A stretch of 64,000 nt of DNA, from NCBI GenBank assembly GCA_964234715.1, contig OZ174284.1. The stretch is one strand, 5' to 3'. The translations under genes were made by a program, and so were the position numbers. Source of the DNA: Podarcis melisellensis. Its lineage: Eukaryota. The notes under the pieces were generated by a model, which saw only the letters and a program-made list of their open reading frames with translations, was not told where the DNA came from and ran no database searches. Positions 1 to 12,734 of this stretch are shown here, piece by piece; positions within the stretch are counted from its first letter, which is position 1; every line of letters starts with the position of its first letter.

Positions 1-1301
1 TACATCTGGTCTGTACCATTCCATCCTGCACATAGGGAAATCAGAAAAAAAGTTCCATCTGCTAAAAAGGGCCTGTTCTACACAACTTAAATATGCAAGA
101 GGACGCCTGTTCTTTTTTCACTTGGCCATGCAACTGCACATTCAAAATTGTCATGGTAGGCAGAAAGTTAGTGTTACTGTATGTTGAAACAACATTAATG
201 AACAAATAGCTAACTTTTACAATAGGCATGCTCACTGCCTGCATCTTGAAAAACTCGCCTTTACATTCCCCCCACAATGATATGATGTTGCAGATGATAA
301 AGCACTGTGGAAATGTCTGGGTTTTTATATGTAGCTTAGAAATCTTTTATAAAAAATAATAATTAGTGTTGTGCTCTGCCTCAACTTTAATTGTTCAGGG
401 TTCTGCTCTAGAGATAATTTTCTTGTGCAGCCAGTATTCTGAGCCAACCTACTAATAGCAGCAGCTGATGGTCTTGCCCATGCTTCAGTTTAAATCTGGG
501 AAGCTTTGTTCATACCTGACTGAACAAATGAACATTTCCCACACAAATCATTACTGTTCCTGCTGAACACTTCATTGCTGCCTTTGTTTCTGACAATAGA
601 TTATTACTCATGTGAATAAAATGCTGTAATTAATTTGGAGACAATTTGCTTCCTTCTTAAATGGCAGCAATTACATTGTTTAGCTTGTCCTTTTTCGCTT
701 GTTCATCTAAAATACTTTTCATAAAGAAACTGTGAAAGCCTAAAATGTACAGGATGCCCTGGGATTTTATGTATGTTCGCATTCATTAGCACCCTGATCT
801 GAAACACATTTTCTTGGGAGCTGGTCCTGTTTATTTTAGTTAACTTTGTCCAGTAAGATATTTAGAAGAGTGGCATGCTTGCATGAGGACACGTTCAGTG
901 GGACCTACCTCCAAAATAAACATGTATGCGAGCTCTGGCTGCAAATCTTATTAACAAAAAACGTCGCTCAGCATAAACTGTTCATAAACACTACTTTACC
1001 AGTGTATCACAGAAACATTTCTTCATGTTGCTACTACAGGGAATGGGCAAGTTCACTCCCTGCAGCTTTTAGGAATAAAAAGAAAGACTTGAGAAAATTG
1101 CTGGTGTTGTTGCAAAATTCCGACCCTCCCTGCCTGATTGTCCATCCATCCATCCCCATTTACTGCCGTAAAGTCTAGAAAACAGAAGACCTCCATTATT
1201 ACACCTGCTAGCATTCTACAGATCTGAATTTTTTTATCCCAAGAGACTGTGCCTTTCACATATTGTGTGTATGTGTATCATGCTCTCTGTTTCCTTTCCA
1301 G

Positions 1302-1373
1302 GGGGTTTCATAGTAATAATATCAAGTCAATACCTGGACAGGCATTTGTGGGCAATCCATCCCTTATAGCAAT
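1302..1373 (+). CDS. LGR5: LGR5 exon 8 (LRR)
   Basis: ttccag|...|gtaagt; 72 nt; GFHSNNIKSIPGQAFVGNPSLIA. Confidence 0.96.
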
Positions 1374-1921
1374 GTAAGTAGTATCAGTTCACCTTTAATA
1401 GAAAATGTGAAATTAATTACTAAATTTCGTTGTGTATCTTGCTTCTCTGCTTTCTGTGAGCAGGCCATTGCTTCTCAGGCTTTATGAAATCTCGCCCCCC
1501 CCCCCTTTGTACACATTAAAATCAAGGTTGGGAAATCCAAATTTTGAGCTCCAGCTCCCAACAGACACATACATGATACAATGACATTTGGAAGGCGAAA
1601 AAGTGAATAAAATGCCATTTTATAAAGAGTTACTTGTGTAAAAGGCCTTACATAGTTTCTCTTTATATTCAAACCAGGAAACTGTTTACCAGGTTGACGT
1701 TGGTTTCAGATCCTGTTTCCCCCCGTAACCTGATAACGCTAGTTTCCACATTTGGAAAACAGAGCATGCTGGCACAAGTCTTGTGCATATCTCTGCTTAA
1801 TAAAGTGAGATATGTTAGTGCAGAAACAAGATGGGAGAGTTTCGCTAGGCTAGTATGAACACTATCTTCCTAATCATTTCTTACTCTGAATGTGTGAGGT
1901 GTGTTCAATTCCATCCCTGCC

Positions 1922-1922
1922 T

Positions 1923-1953
<31 letters not shown>

Positions 1954-1955
1954 TT
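1922..1955. repeat. (TTTA)n microsatellite
   Basis: Read directly from the sequence. Confidence 0.95.
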
Positions 1956-2280
1956 TGTTCATTAATTTATTTCCTGCCCTTCACTCTGATGTCTCTAGGC
2001 CACACATTTTGTCAGTAATGCACACTGAAGTATAATCACACAGTTGGTCTAAATCAAAATAAGCATATAATCTGGGGAGCAAATTCAAAAAGCAAGGGAG
2101 AAAGGTGTGGCACATTAAAAGAAGTAACTCCAGAGGAGAAGGGGTAAAGAATAGATTGCAAGCTAGCTCTACAAAGTTTTAATAAGAAATGTCCTGCCCC
2201 GCCCCCCGCCGGTTTATTGCAAAAGTATTTAAAAATATAAAACTTGAGTGTTAAATGTGTCCTCCTCTTCTTCCTCACAG

Positions 2281-2352
2281 CCATTTTTATGACAACCCTA
2301 TTCAGATTGTGGAAAAGTCTGCTTTTCAGCACTTACCTGAACTCAGAACCTT
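2281..2352 (+). CDS. LGR5: LGR5 exon 9 (LRR)
   Basis: cacag|...|gtatgt; 72 nt; HFYDNPIQIVEKSAFQHLPELRT. Confidence 0.96.
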
Positions 2353-2445
2353 GTATGTATCCATAAGTTCACCACTAAAACAACTCCTTTGCACTTTCTA
2401 AAAAAAAAAAAAATCCCACTAATTACATTGTGTTTGTAACTTTAG

Positions 2446-2514
2446 GACACTAAATGGTGCTTCACAGATAACAGAGTTTCCCGATCTGACTGGGACAACA
2501 AGTCTGGAAAGCCT
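2446..2514 (+). CDS. LGR5: LGR5 exon 10 (LRR)
   Basis: tttag|...|gtaagt; 69 nt; TLNGASQITEFPDLTGTTSLES. Confidence 0.96.
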
Positions 2515-2874
2515 GTAAGTATCAGACAAATAGTTCATGTTACTGCTGAAAGCAGATGGCATTAATTATTGCCGATGCTGACTTGCTTTAAAGAAGCTGT
2601 CCTTCAACCAATCATGTTCAACCCAGTCTGCAACCGTGATCAATTCAAATTTCTTGGATTTGAGCTAGTTTGATCCCATTGACACTACGATCTGATTCAT
2701 GGTCTTACTCCTTGTATGGTGGAGAAACAACTGAACACCCCTCCCCATGCTCCATACTCCTTTCAGAAGCCCATTCTCACATAAGCCCAATTCACAGGAT
2801 CTTCTCTCAGTCCCTCCTCCCTGGTGGGCATTGGCATGAATCACTCTAAGGAGATATGCCTAATTTTTTAACAG

Positions 2875-2946
2875 GACCCTTACAGGAGCTCGGATCACAT
2901 ACCTTCCTGAAACAATCTGTGACCAGCTACCCAACCTCCAAGTACT
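2875..2946 (+). CDS. LGR5: LGR5 exon 11 (LRR)
   Basis: aacag|...|gtaagt; 72 nt; TLTGARITYLPETICDQLPNLQV. Confidence 0.96.
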
Positions 2947-3141
2947 GTAAGTATAAAATACATATTTACATTAAATCCTAGGAACTTTCAAGATACAGCA
3001 TTCTCAGAAATGTGTTATATCATCACCATGGAAATTCACTTATTTAGCTCTTGTAATTCAAGAGCATAAACAGATGCATAACAAAGAGCCTAGCAACAAT
3101 ATTCCAGCGTCATGTAAAGACTTAGTACTAGCACTAGATTG

Positions 3142-3340
3142 AGTAGGGTGAGTGCTTAGTGTGTTGGTCCAGGGCTGGTGAGACTGAGCTTAAGTCCCCA
3201 CTGAGCCACAAAGCTCGTTAGGTGACCCAGGACCTGTTGCTGTCTCATAGTCTAACCCCTATCTCAAGGCTCTTCGACAGGTGGGATAAGAACTGTATGC
3301 CGTGTTAAGTTCCTTGCAGAAAAAGCAGGATAAAATAAAA
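3142..3340 (+). mobile_element. Degraded tRNA-derived, MIR-like squamate SINE
   Basis: Similar to the 22917-23010 copy (...ccccactgagccacaaagctcgttaggtgacc...) with an A-rich tail; boundaries approximate. Confidence 0.55.
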
Positions 3341-3385
3341 TGAACCCAGCACTGATCCAGAGCTAATGGTGTATTAAGCAGAGTA

Positions 3386-3742
3386 AAGGTAAAGGGTAAA
3401 GGGACCCCTGACCATTAGGTCCAGTCGTGGCCGACTCTGGAGTTGCGACGCTCATCTCGCTTTATTGGCTGAGGGAGCCGGTGTACAGCTTCTGGGTCAT
3501 GTGGCCAGCATGACTAAGCCGCTTCTGGTGAACCAGAGCAGCACACGGAAACACCGTTTAACTTCCCGCTGGAACGGTACCTATTTATCTACTTGCACTT
3601 TGACGTGCTTTCGAACTGCTAGGTTGGCAGGAGCAGGGACTGAGCAACGGGAGCTCACCCCGTCGCGGGGATTCGAACTGCCGACCTTCTGATCGGCAAG
3701 TTCTAGGCTCTGTGGTTTAACCCACAGTGCCACCCGCGTCCC
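3386..3742 (-). mobile_element. Sauria SINE, full length
   Basis: tRNA-like head with B-box (GTTCGAATCC on the - strand); (ACCTTT)n tail; 13-bp TSD ATTAAGCAGAGTA at 3373-3385 and 3743-3755. Confidence 0.92.
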
Positions 3743-5311
3743 ATTAAGCAGAGTACAGAACATAAATGATGCATGGCCCCTAGTTGCAGTGCCTACAGTC
3801 TGTACTTGATACACAGGATTGTGGTGGAGAGACAATGTCTTTATAATGCAAGAAAAGTAAAACACATGGTGGGACGGCCTGGCAAAATGAGATGAGCAAG
3901 CAATATCACGAGTCAGAGTATGCTCAGTTAACTGATTGCAGTGACCATAAGAGGGAGAAAATTGAGAATGTATAGGATTTATAGAATGTATGGATTTAAG
4001 CAAGCTTCCTTCTGCTTTTCAAATAATTTTTAAAAGTCACCCATATCCAGAAAGCATACATAAGGGGCCAGGGAAGCCCATTTTCCATTCTGTTAAAGGT
4101 TTTTCTTTTTCTGATAATCACCGAACTGGGGACAGACTCCATCCTCACTTATACCTTAATGTTCCATACCTTTATTTTCTCTCCAAGGCATATTTATTCA
4201 ATTGGATTTTTGAACACTATTCCCAAGATGTATGGGAGACCTGTTTCCTTATAATGATTAACCAATACATTATTGTAGCTTACAAGAATGCTGCAGTGTT
4301 AGTTTAATCACTATCAAAAGTAATCATTCTGTCTACTTCTTTGTGAATGGGCCAACTGCACTTTCCTTTAATGATTACATCATGATGAATGTATCTGGCA
4401 TTAGTTTGCTTAGCCAACATTCTAATAACACTAGCTAAAAACATACAGTCATGGTGCCAAAGTGGCTCTTGTGGGCACTTCTTAGAAAGTTGGGTACTAA
4501 TTCTATCACAGCAACATTAAATATTGCTGCTTATGAGCTACCTTTGCTCCTCTGACTTTGGGAGCAAAATGAAGTATCTTTTCCTGCAAAGCATAGAATA
4601 GGACCAAACTCAGTAAAGGTGTTTCAACTGACAGTATTGTTACCATCACGGATCAACTGTATATGTATAGAATTAACTGATTTAAATTCACATTTGTGGG
4701 GTTTGTTTTTTTTAAAGGGGGGGCAGATAAGCATTGACAATTTTATTTTAAATGCAGAAAAGGCCTACGTATAAACAAAATCATTCAGAAATGTTGGCTC
4801 AACTTACGGAATATTTTTCTTTGTCCAGATTGCAAGTTTCTCATTTGTTTCTATTTCGGCATTCCTCTCATGCAATTAACCATCACGCAAGCGGAGAGAA
4901 TAGCTGCCTGCCTGCTGGTGCCAGCCCTGGCATTGTGTCCCCTCCACTCCTGCTTCCGCTGCCCACCTGTTGTTTTGGGGGTGGGGGATAGAGAGAGAAT
5001 GCCTATAGACAGGAGTTTCCTTGCAGGCTCTCCTTGTAGTGTAGAACCATATCTGAGTAGGGAGGATAATTGTCTACAGGCTTAAAATGTGCAGTGTGTG
5101 CCCTGGGCCATATACTTCCATGAGAATCTTTTGTCAGTATCTGAAGCAACCAATCCTTAAGACCAGGGAACCTGACGTGCAAAGATTACCATTGCTAATC
5201 CACAGGGTGGCCTGACAGTTCTTTCCTCCAATGTTTCTGCTTTTTGTGGTTTTGTTGTATTGACCATTTTTACAGTTACTTTACGTTACCCTTGGGATGG
5301 AATTTCCACTC

Positions 5312-5313
<2 letters not shown>

Positions 5314-5355
<42 letters not shown>
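5314..5355. repeat. (AC)n microsatellite
   Basis: Read directly from the sequence. Confidence 0.97.
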
Positions 5356-5357
<2 letters not shown>

Positions 5358-6266
5358 GTAGCCAAAATGACCTACTATAACTTTACCATTTTCGTCCCTC
5401 TGCAACTTACACCTGATGAGGTTACAAGTGCAGCTCTTGTGTTTTACTTCCTGCTAAATGAGCATGCCCTTTGACTTTGGCATTGATACCCTTCTCCCAA
5501 TGAGTGGAGATGGATCCTGCGAGAAGTAAATGCTCTTTAGGCGGGGAGCTTTCCCATCGCACCCATACAAGGAGAACTTTAAAGTTAACTTCATAAGTTA
5601 ATTTTAAAGAATATTAGCCCAGGGACAAAACCTTACCATCTAAGGTTAGAAAACAGAACCAAGGGACATGTCCCTGTGTCCACTCTCATTTCTTTCTTTA
5701 CAGAGGCAAAAGTCATATTAAGCCTGATGGGAGTTTCCCCTGCACAAAGGAGTACAGGATGCAAACCTATTTCCCTTTTTTTCTTTCTTCTTTTTACAAT
5801 TTCTGCAAATTACCGTGGCTTGTTTTTGATTAGCTATATTATACTATAAATGAGTCCAGATGTTTCAGTTATTCTGCAATTTGTTGAGTTTTGGCTCAAA
5901 TCATTTGAAGGGCTTTCTCTTCCCCCCACCTCCACCCCGTAGTGATTGATTTCAAAGTTAGTTCTAGTTCCTCAAACCACTTTCCTCAGTTAAAGATATG
6001 GCAGTTCTAAAGGTCAGAGGCAAGATTATTTAATTTAAAGTGTAGTCTGGGAAGCTAATTAAATTTCACTGTGATTGTAGTTCGAAAGATCAGATCCAGC
6101 TAGAAAAATGGTTTAAAACTAAGTATCTAGTAGATTATTTTAAGCAATTAAAAGAAGAGTTGTGTTTTGAAGGAAAACTGAATCCAGAAAGAAGCAATAA
6201 CCCTAAATATATTTTTACTATTTAACAGAATTAGCCACCTTATATTTTTCTGTTTTTGTATTTCAG

Positions 6267-6332
6267 AGACCTCTCGTATAACCAGCTGGGTGATTTGCCT
6301 CATTTTACTGCTTGTGAAAATCTTCAGAAAGT
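6267..6332 (+). CDS. LGR5: LGR5 exon 12 (LRR)
   Basis: ttcag|...|gtaagg; 66 nt; DLSYNQLGDLPHFTACENLQK. Confidence 0.96.
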
Positions 6333-7134
6333 GTAAGGTTACAAAGAATAAAAATAAAAAAATAATGTATGTTCGCATGAGGAAAGTTTTACCATTTCCT
6401 CCAATGCAAGGAGTAGACCTGTATATATGAGTCAGAACCTTGGTTTGTATTTTAAATTCATAGTTTTGGGTTAGGGAGAGAAGCATTTGGTGAGGTCTGG
6501 TGCATCATGTATTCCATCATATCACACATTCTTTTGCATGTTTAATGTGGAAGAAAAATAAAATATATAACTATAAAGGGCTTTTGATGGTGGGGAGGAT
6601 TGAAGATTCAATTTTTTAGATGACTGTCCGTGGAGTTTTCAGTGGAGTGGATAAGCTCTAAACTTTGATCCAGGATATGATGCTCTTCCCATCTAGCTTG
6701 CTTCTTACGACGCCTTCGCAGTTCTCTTCCTTTTGGATAAAGAGACAGGATGAATAGGATACATATTTCTGGAGTGCAAGTTGTTTCTTATGCATGAGAA
6801 GACTGGAAATTCTGTTTTTCGTGTAACATATAGCTCTAAAAGAAATCTAAACAATGGCCAATATTCAAATAAACATACAACGAGTTCTGCACACTCAACC
6901 AAAGGGGGCTTTGTACCTATGCTTCCTGATAACAAGCCCCAAGTACCGTAAACCAAGCAACTTTTGCATCTGAGAGATCGGTTTGTGATGTGGTTCAGGG
7001 GCAGGAGGAGGCAGTCAAAGTCCCACTAGATATACTCAAACTCTTGAGACATCTGAAGTAGTTCTGGGATCCTGGGCAGCATTTGAAGTTCTCTAGAAGT
7101 TGTTTTCTCTAAAGCCATTTTTTTGCCATTACAG

Positions 7135-7206
7135 TGATTTACACCACAATGAAATATATGAAATCAAAGCGGGCACGTTTCAGCAGCTGGTTGCCCTACG
7201 TTCACT
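7135..7206 (+). CDS. LGR5: LGR5 exon 13 (LRR)
   Basis: tacag|...|gtgagt; 72 nt; DLHHNEIYEIKAGTFQQLVALRS. Confidence 0.96.
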
Positions 7207-8773
7207 GTGAGTATAGCCATAAAAGAGCTATTTACCTTGGTACTGAGAAACATGGAAGCTCACATTCCTTTCCTCTGCCTGCTCCTACATATTCTGCTTT
7301 CCATTTTCCCCCCTTTGATCATTCAGCTTGCCAGGTTAGATTTGCCAAAGCAAAACAAACATTCTGACGTTGAAAATTTCCAGCAATGAATTCACACAGC
7401 CGTGAACAACAACAAAAAACCCCAACCCTGAAATAGCTTCCGCTTGCAGACTTCTCTGAAGAAATAGGAAGTTTGATTTAACTCATATAGAAGCCTCTTA
7501 TGGGTACACTTCAAAATCCACTGCTGAATGGAAAAGCTGAGTGAATTGTATACAGATGGCAATAGGAAAGAGCAAGGAGCAGAGTATGTAAATGTACAAA
7601 AATTGATGGCCACACTCCATGTAATGGGAGTAATAATTGATCCGTTTCTATAATATTCTGTTCAGTGTTGTATTATCCTATGTTGGGTTTTCCACAGGCT
7701 GCAGACTCTTCTTATATATGTTCTTATTATGATGAAGCATTGGTGCAAAAAACAACATGCATCCAGAAGGAGATATGAAAGGGAAAATGTGGGAGAAAGA
7801 TTGGAAAGACTGAGAAATTGGCTTACGAGAGAAGTTGCAGATGTGAAAGAGGAAGGTCTATTGAGAAGCTAGTAGATAATAGAGAAAGGTTCTGTTCAGG
7901 TTTAACACGTCCGTAAACCATGGTTTGTTAGAGCAGTCTCCCTCCCTTTCTGCCATCCTTTCACATGCCTAGTTTGAGGAGACACTTATAAAATCAGTTT
8001 CCTATAACATCTGAACTAGATAGTTATGGTTTAAATATAGTCTGTGAACCAGGATTACAAATCAGGGTTTGATGCTGATTGTAAACTTAAAACTGCCTAC
8101 ATTTCCTGGTTCAGCTGTCATGGTGATTTAGTAGTTGGGTCTCAATCTGAATGTAACTGAGGAGTGAAGGGAGCGAGCGGAGAACCCAACACTCCCCCCC
8201 CCCAATAAACCATGGTTTGTTCAAACAGCAGTAGTTTATCTGAACCAGACCAGAGATCATCCCATAATTTGCTTATTCGTTAGCTAGATCCTGGATCAAG
8301 GGGAAGAGATGTGTGCATTTGCAACCCAGAATATTTGTACATTTCAGTAAGCCATAAAATGTGCTCCTGCTGTGCTCCCTTTCTTGAGCCAAGAGCAAAA
8401 AACTATGAGCCTTGTTAGTGTGATGTGTGAACCAGTGCTTATGGTTTGTTTCTTCCAAACAAACCATAGTAGGTAAGCCAAGAACAAACCTTGGAGGCAA
8501 ACAAACTGTGAGCACTGGTTCATACAGCACACTAAGCCTAGACTAGTGGTTTGTTGGTCCCAGGGCAACAAAGGGAGAAGCAATCTGGCTGTGTGCAGTA
8601 GCATGCTCCTCATTCACAGTAAGCCATGACTTGTGGCTTATCATAATGTCCAAACACGGGTCTAAAATTAGCCTACTGGAAGTGATTTCATGCAGTTAAT
8701 TGTTGTTTAATTTAAAAGATTCAAAGTAAATCTCCATGCATTTTTAAGCATATATAATTTTCTTCCTTTCCAG

Positions 8774-8845
8774 GGATTTAGCTTGGAACAAAATATCAGT
8801 CATTCATGCCAATGCATTCTCCTCTTTATTGTCTCTGATTAAACT
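8774..8845 (+). CDS. LGR5: LGR5 exon 14 (LRR)
   Basis: tccag|...|gtaagt; 72 nt; DLAWNKISVIHANAFSSLLSLIK. Confidence 0.96.
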
Positions 8846-9492
8846 GTAAGTATTCTGCTTTTTTATATCTGATGCTGTCCTATTATGATCATTCAAATAC
8901 CCAGTGACAAAAAAGCTCTATTCAGTGCAGGGTAAAATAGAATGACAATTTAATGAACAACAAAATGCAAAACAAAGTAGCTTTGGCCTTTGTTTGGCCA
9001 GCCATAGTGGTCTTGCATTTCTGCATTGTTTCATGGTCTCAATTAGTGATGGAGAGAATGCAGAACAGGAGAGCTTGGGCAGCAGATGCACCACATGATT
9101 AAATTTGGATCAGACCCAGATCACTCCGGAGCCTGGCTCTAAATCTAATTAGATTCATTCAGCTCCTGCCTACCACAGTATTTAACTAGAGCCCTCCATG
9201 TTGTCCCACATTTCCCCTAGTTTACTAAAGTGGCAAGGAGGACTTGCATGGCCTGTGGCATGAGGCCTTCAAGTGACTATAGGCACTGCACAGGTGCTTG
9301 GAACCATAGCATCCCATCAGTAGGTGCCACTGTGCATGTTCTTGGCAGCGTGCATAGATACCAGGAGTAGGGCAGGCTCTACTATGTAGAGTAAGCAGCA
9401 TGATGCAAGTTTCTCTCTCTCGCTTTATGCTCTGGCTTTTGACACAACCCTGGTTTGCACAACACAATAAGCCAAAACTAAGAGCAAACCTT

Positions 9493-9858
9493 TGAGGGAT
9501 GCGGGTGGCGCTGTGGGTAAAACCTCAGTGCCTAGGACTTGCCGATCGTATGTTCGGCGGTTCGAATCCCCGCGGCAGGGTGAGCTCCCTTCTTTCGGTC
9601 CCAGCTCCTGCCCACCTAGCAGTTCGAAAGCACCCCTAAAGTGCAAGTAGATAAATAGGTACCGCTATATAGCGGGAAGGTAAATGGCGTTTCCGTGTGC
9701 TACGCTGGTGCTGGCTCGCCAGAGCAGCTTCGTCAAGCTGGCCACGTGACCCGGAAGTGTCTGCGGACAGCGCTGGCCCCCGGCCTCTTAAGTGAGATGG
9801 GCGCACAACCCTAGAGTCGGACACGACTGGCCCGTACTGGCAGGGGTACCTTTACCTT
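9493..9858 (+). mobile_element. Sauria SINE, full length, second subfamily
   Basis: GGGATGCGGGTGGCGCTGTGG head; GGTTCGAATCC B-box; TACCTTTACCTT tail; 14-bp TSD TAAGAGCAAACCTT at 9479-9492 and 9859-9872. Confidence 0.92.
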
Positions 9859-10418
9859 TAAGAGCAAACCTTGGCTACAACTTTTGGTTAGTGAGGAGAG
9901 AGTTTAACCAAGAGAGTCAGTTTTGATGAGCCCAGGTTCAACACAGCACAGGAGTAAAAAAATAATTTAAAGAAAGACCAGGGAGAAGCAAAGGTTCTGT
10001 GAGCTTGTCTCCAGGAACCTGCACATTCACATTCTCCTGGTAAGCCATAGTTTGGCTTAGTGTGGCAGGCGAACCAGGTCAACGATGATTACATACAAGT
10101 AACCTACCAATGGAAAAGTTTGCCTGCTCTTTAAAAACTGTGGGCTGTATCCAACTATGTTTTACTCAGAGTAAAATTAATGGCCCTAAGTTAGTCGAGT
10201 CCCTTAATTCCAATAAATCTGCTCTAGGACTGCTGTAGATCAACATTAGAGAACTAAAGTTGGACACAACCTTGTGCTGGAAGGCATCAGTATAAGTAAC
10301 AATAGCTGTGTTTTTTTAGTTCTGTGGTTGCTGTTGCTAATATCCCAGATGCTGACCAATTTTGCAGAGTCCAACTAAGACAATCTGGTTAGGTTGCAAG
10401 CACACTGACATCCAAGTA

Positions 10419-10676
10419 CAGTGGTACTTCAGGTTAAGTACTTCATTCATTCCGGAGGTCCGTACTTAACCTGAAACTGTTCTTAACCTGAAGCACCACT
10501 TTATCTAATGGGGCCTCCTGCTGCTGCCGCGTCGCTGGAGCCCGATTTCTGTTCTCATCCTGAAGCAAAGTTCTTAACCTGAAGCACTATTTCTGGGTTA
10601 GCGGAGTCTGTAACCTGAAGCGTATGTAACCTCAAGTGTATGTAACCTGAAGCGTATGTAACCTGAGGTACCACTG
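10419..10676. mobile_element. Tc1/mariner (pogo/Tigger-like) MITE
   Basis: TIRs CAGTGGTAC(T/C)TCAGGTTA...TAACCTGAGGTACCACTG; TA on both flanks; internal GTAACCTGAAGCGTAT repeats. Confidence 0.88.
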
Positions 10677-11006
10677 TACACATAACTTCAGTAAAGGCCC
10701 TTTATGCATCAAAGAGTTGCCAACAATAAAAATGGAGAGAAGAATCCAGTAACATGTTATTGCAGTCCTGTTCCTTTCCATGTGGCTTGTACAAGAGAAC
10801 TTCCAAGTGGATTGGGCTCTGAGATGAATCAGCAAATTTACCAGGAACCAAGGTGCATCCTTTGTCAACTGAATCGTCTTTATGTTTTATCGTTTGCAAA
10901 ATTTAATACTCTGCGACAATAACAAATACCCTCAGGCAAAATAAAAAAAATTAAAATCCCACCCTTCTGGAAGAGTAAACTAGTTTTCCCCCCTTTAATT
11001 TTGCAG

Positions 11007-11132
11007 GGATCTGTCATCCAACCTATTGTCCTCTTTTCCTGTAACTGGCCTATATGGTTTAACTCATCTAAAATTAACAGGAAATCATGCACTACAAAGT
11101 TTGATATCATCTGAAAACTTTCCAGAACTCAA
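11007..11132 (+). CDS. LGR5: LGR5 exon 15 (LRR)
   Basis: tgcag|...|gtgagt; 126 nt; DLSSNLLSSFPVTGLYGLTHLKLTGNHALQSLISSENFPEL. Confidence 0.96.
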
Positions 11133-11850
11133 GTGAGTACCTCATTAAAACTAATAAGGCACACTTGTGCTCATGTGCAATGGGAGGGGTGTCACTGTAT
11201 AATGTGAGTTACTTCCTATTCAGAGGCTTTGAACCACAGCACTGAAACAAAGATATACATGGTAAAATTATAGACTTACTACATCCTTTTTAAATCAAGA
11301 AAATATGATTGATTTTGGACACCCTGGTAGCTGCTCACTTTGAAACACATCTGCTTCTCAGCAATATCCCCCCTAAATAAACAGCCCCTGTTAAAATTTG
11401 TCTAATTTGTGATTTATAGTGGCTAGCTCCCTTCATTTGACCATTGCTTTATTTTAGCATTTGTGCTGCCAAAGCGAGCACTTGACCATTGCTTTATAAA
11501 TTACCCCCATTTTGAAAAATGTAGGGAATATATAGTTGCAAACAAAACGAAAAGAACTGAATCAAGTAGGTGGTTTGAGGGTGGCAGTAAAATACTTTGC
11601 CATATTGACTTAATGCAAAAATACTGTAACCAGAACATCTGAGGAAGAGCTATTGGTGGTCTGTTCTTTTGAGAGGTGGAGCTGGCATGTAAAAAGATAC
11701 CAGTCAGGCTCAACCAATGCCAAACAGGAACAGCATCACAATTTGATGCAATGCACCAGTACCCTGGTCCAGGCCAGGGTGTTGGTTGCCATCATGGAAC
11801 TGCAGCCTGGAGGCAGCACAAAAGGTCAATATGTCAGCATAAGCCATTCT

Positions 11851-11928
11851 GAGCTTCTGTATCTACAGAAGGGGGTTGGACTCGATGGCCCTTGTGGTCT
11901 CCTCCAACTCTATGATTTTATGATTCTA
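11851..11928 (+). mobile_element. CR1 LINE 3' end
   Basis: gggggttggactcgatggcccttgtggtctcctccaactctatgattttatgattcta, a CR1-type 3' hairpin with an octamer tail. Confidence 0.8.
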
Positions 11929-12588
11929 AGTCTACAAGATCAAAAGTGTGATGTTCAAATAAGCAATGTAATTGAGCTAAGGGTTATGCAAGGTTTTTTA
12001 AAAAACCAACAACCTATAGTTTGGCATCACATTTGAAATATCCAAGTTATGTTTCCTGTTCAGGTCATATAAATCATTATTATGTTCATAGCCACTCCAC
12101 TCCAATCTGACTCCCCACTGGTTTTCTGATTCTCACCCCCTGCAGACATTATTCCATAGTTATTGAATAGTCCTCATGTGGATATTTTTCAGTTTCCTTT
12201 CCATTTAGAGTTTTTCTGGTTTTTTAAATGTAATTCTGCAAACCTTGGGATTTACACACACATCTGCTGATAATTCCTTCTTGTTCATCAGCAGTGTTGT
12301 GTAGCTACATAAGCAACAGTGCTCACAGCCTGAACATTGAAAACAGAAGGAATTGTGGCATGTGTGCAATGTTCTGAAATGTACAGGGATGTGGGAAGAA
12401 TATGCTTTCCCTTAATTTTTTAATATTTGTTTAATGAGTCAGAGCCCTGCCTCTCTATTGCTTCAGTTTGATGCTAATGCCATTTGCGTTGACTTTGCAA
12501 AGGATGTAGGTTGAGTACACTGATGTTCACTGATGTTCAGAGTACACTGATGTTTTGATGTTCATAATCTTGTCTGTTAATTCTAAAG

Positions 12589-12734
12589 GGTGATTGAAAT
12601 GCCTTATGCTTATCAGTGCTGTGCATTTGGAGCTTGCGATGGCCACTACAAAATCCAAAACCAGTGGAACAAGGATGAGAACAGCAGTGCTGAGGAATTT
12701 CAAAGGAAAGATGTTGGCGTTTTCCATACACATG
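12589..12734 (+). CDS. LGR5: LGR5 exon 16 (LRRCT/hinge)
   Basis: taaag|...|gtaaat; 146 nt; VIEMPYAYQCCAFGACDGHYKIQNQWNKDENSS. Confidence 0.96.

Noticed and set aside
1-1301. LGR5 exon 7 or earlier exons
   Set aside because: No LRR-coding exon with splice sites was found; they presumably lie upstream of the window.
3465-4003. ORFs resembling each other at 3465, 9425-9824 and 24174
   Set aside because: These are translations of Sauria SINE copies.
9493-9590. tRNA gene suggested by A/B boxes (also at about 3660-3742 and 22917)
   Set aside because: These are SINE heads followed by SINE bodies; no complete cloverleaf or terminator.
10610-10670. Short direct repeats resembling a CRISPR-like array (also at 42429-42730)
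   Set aside because: These are subterminal MITE repeats in a eukaryotic genome; no unique spacers and no cas genes.
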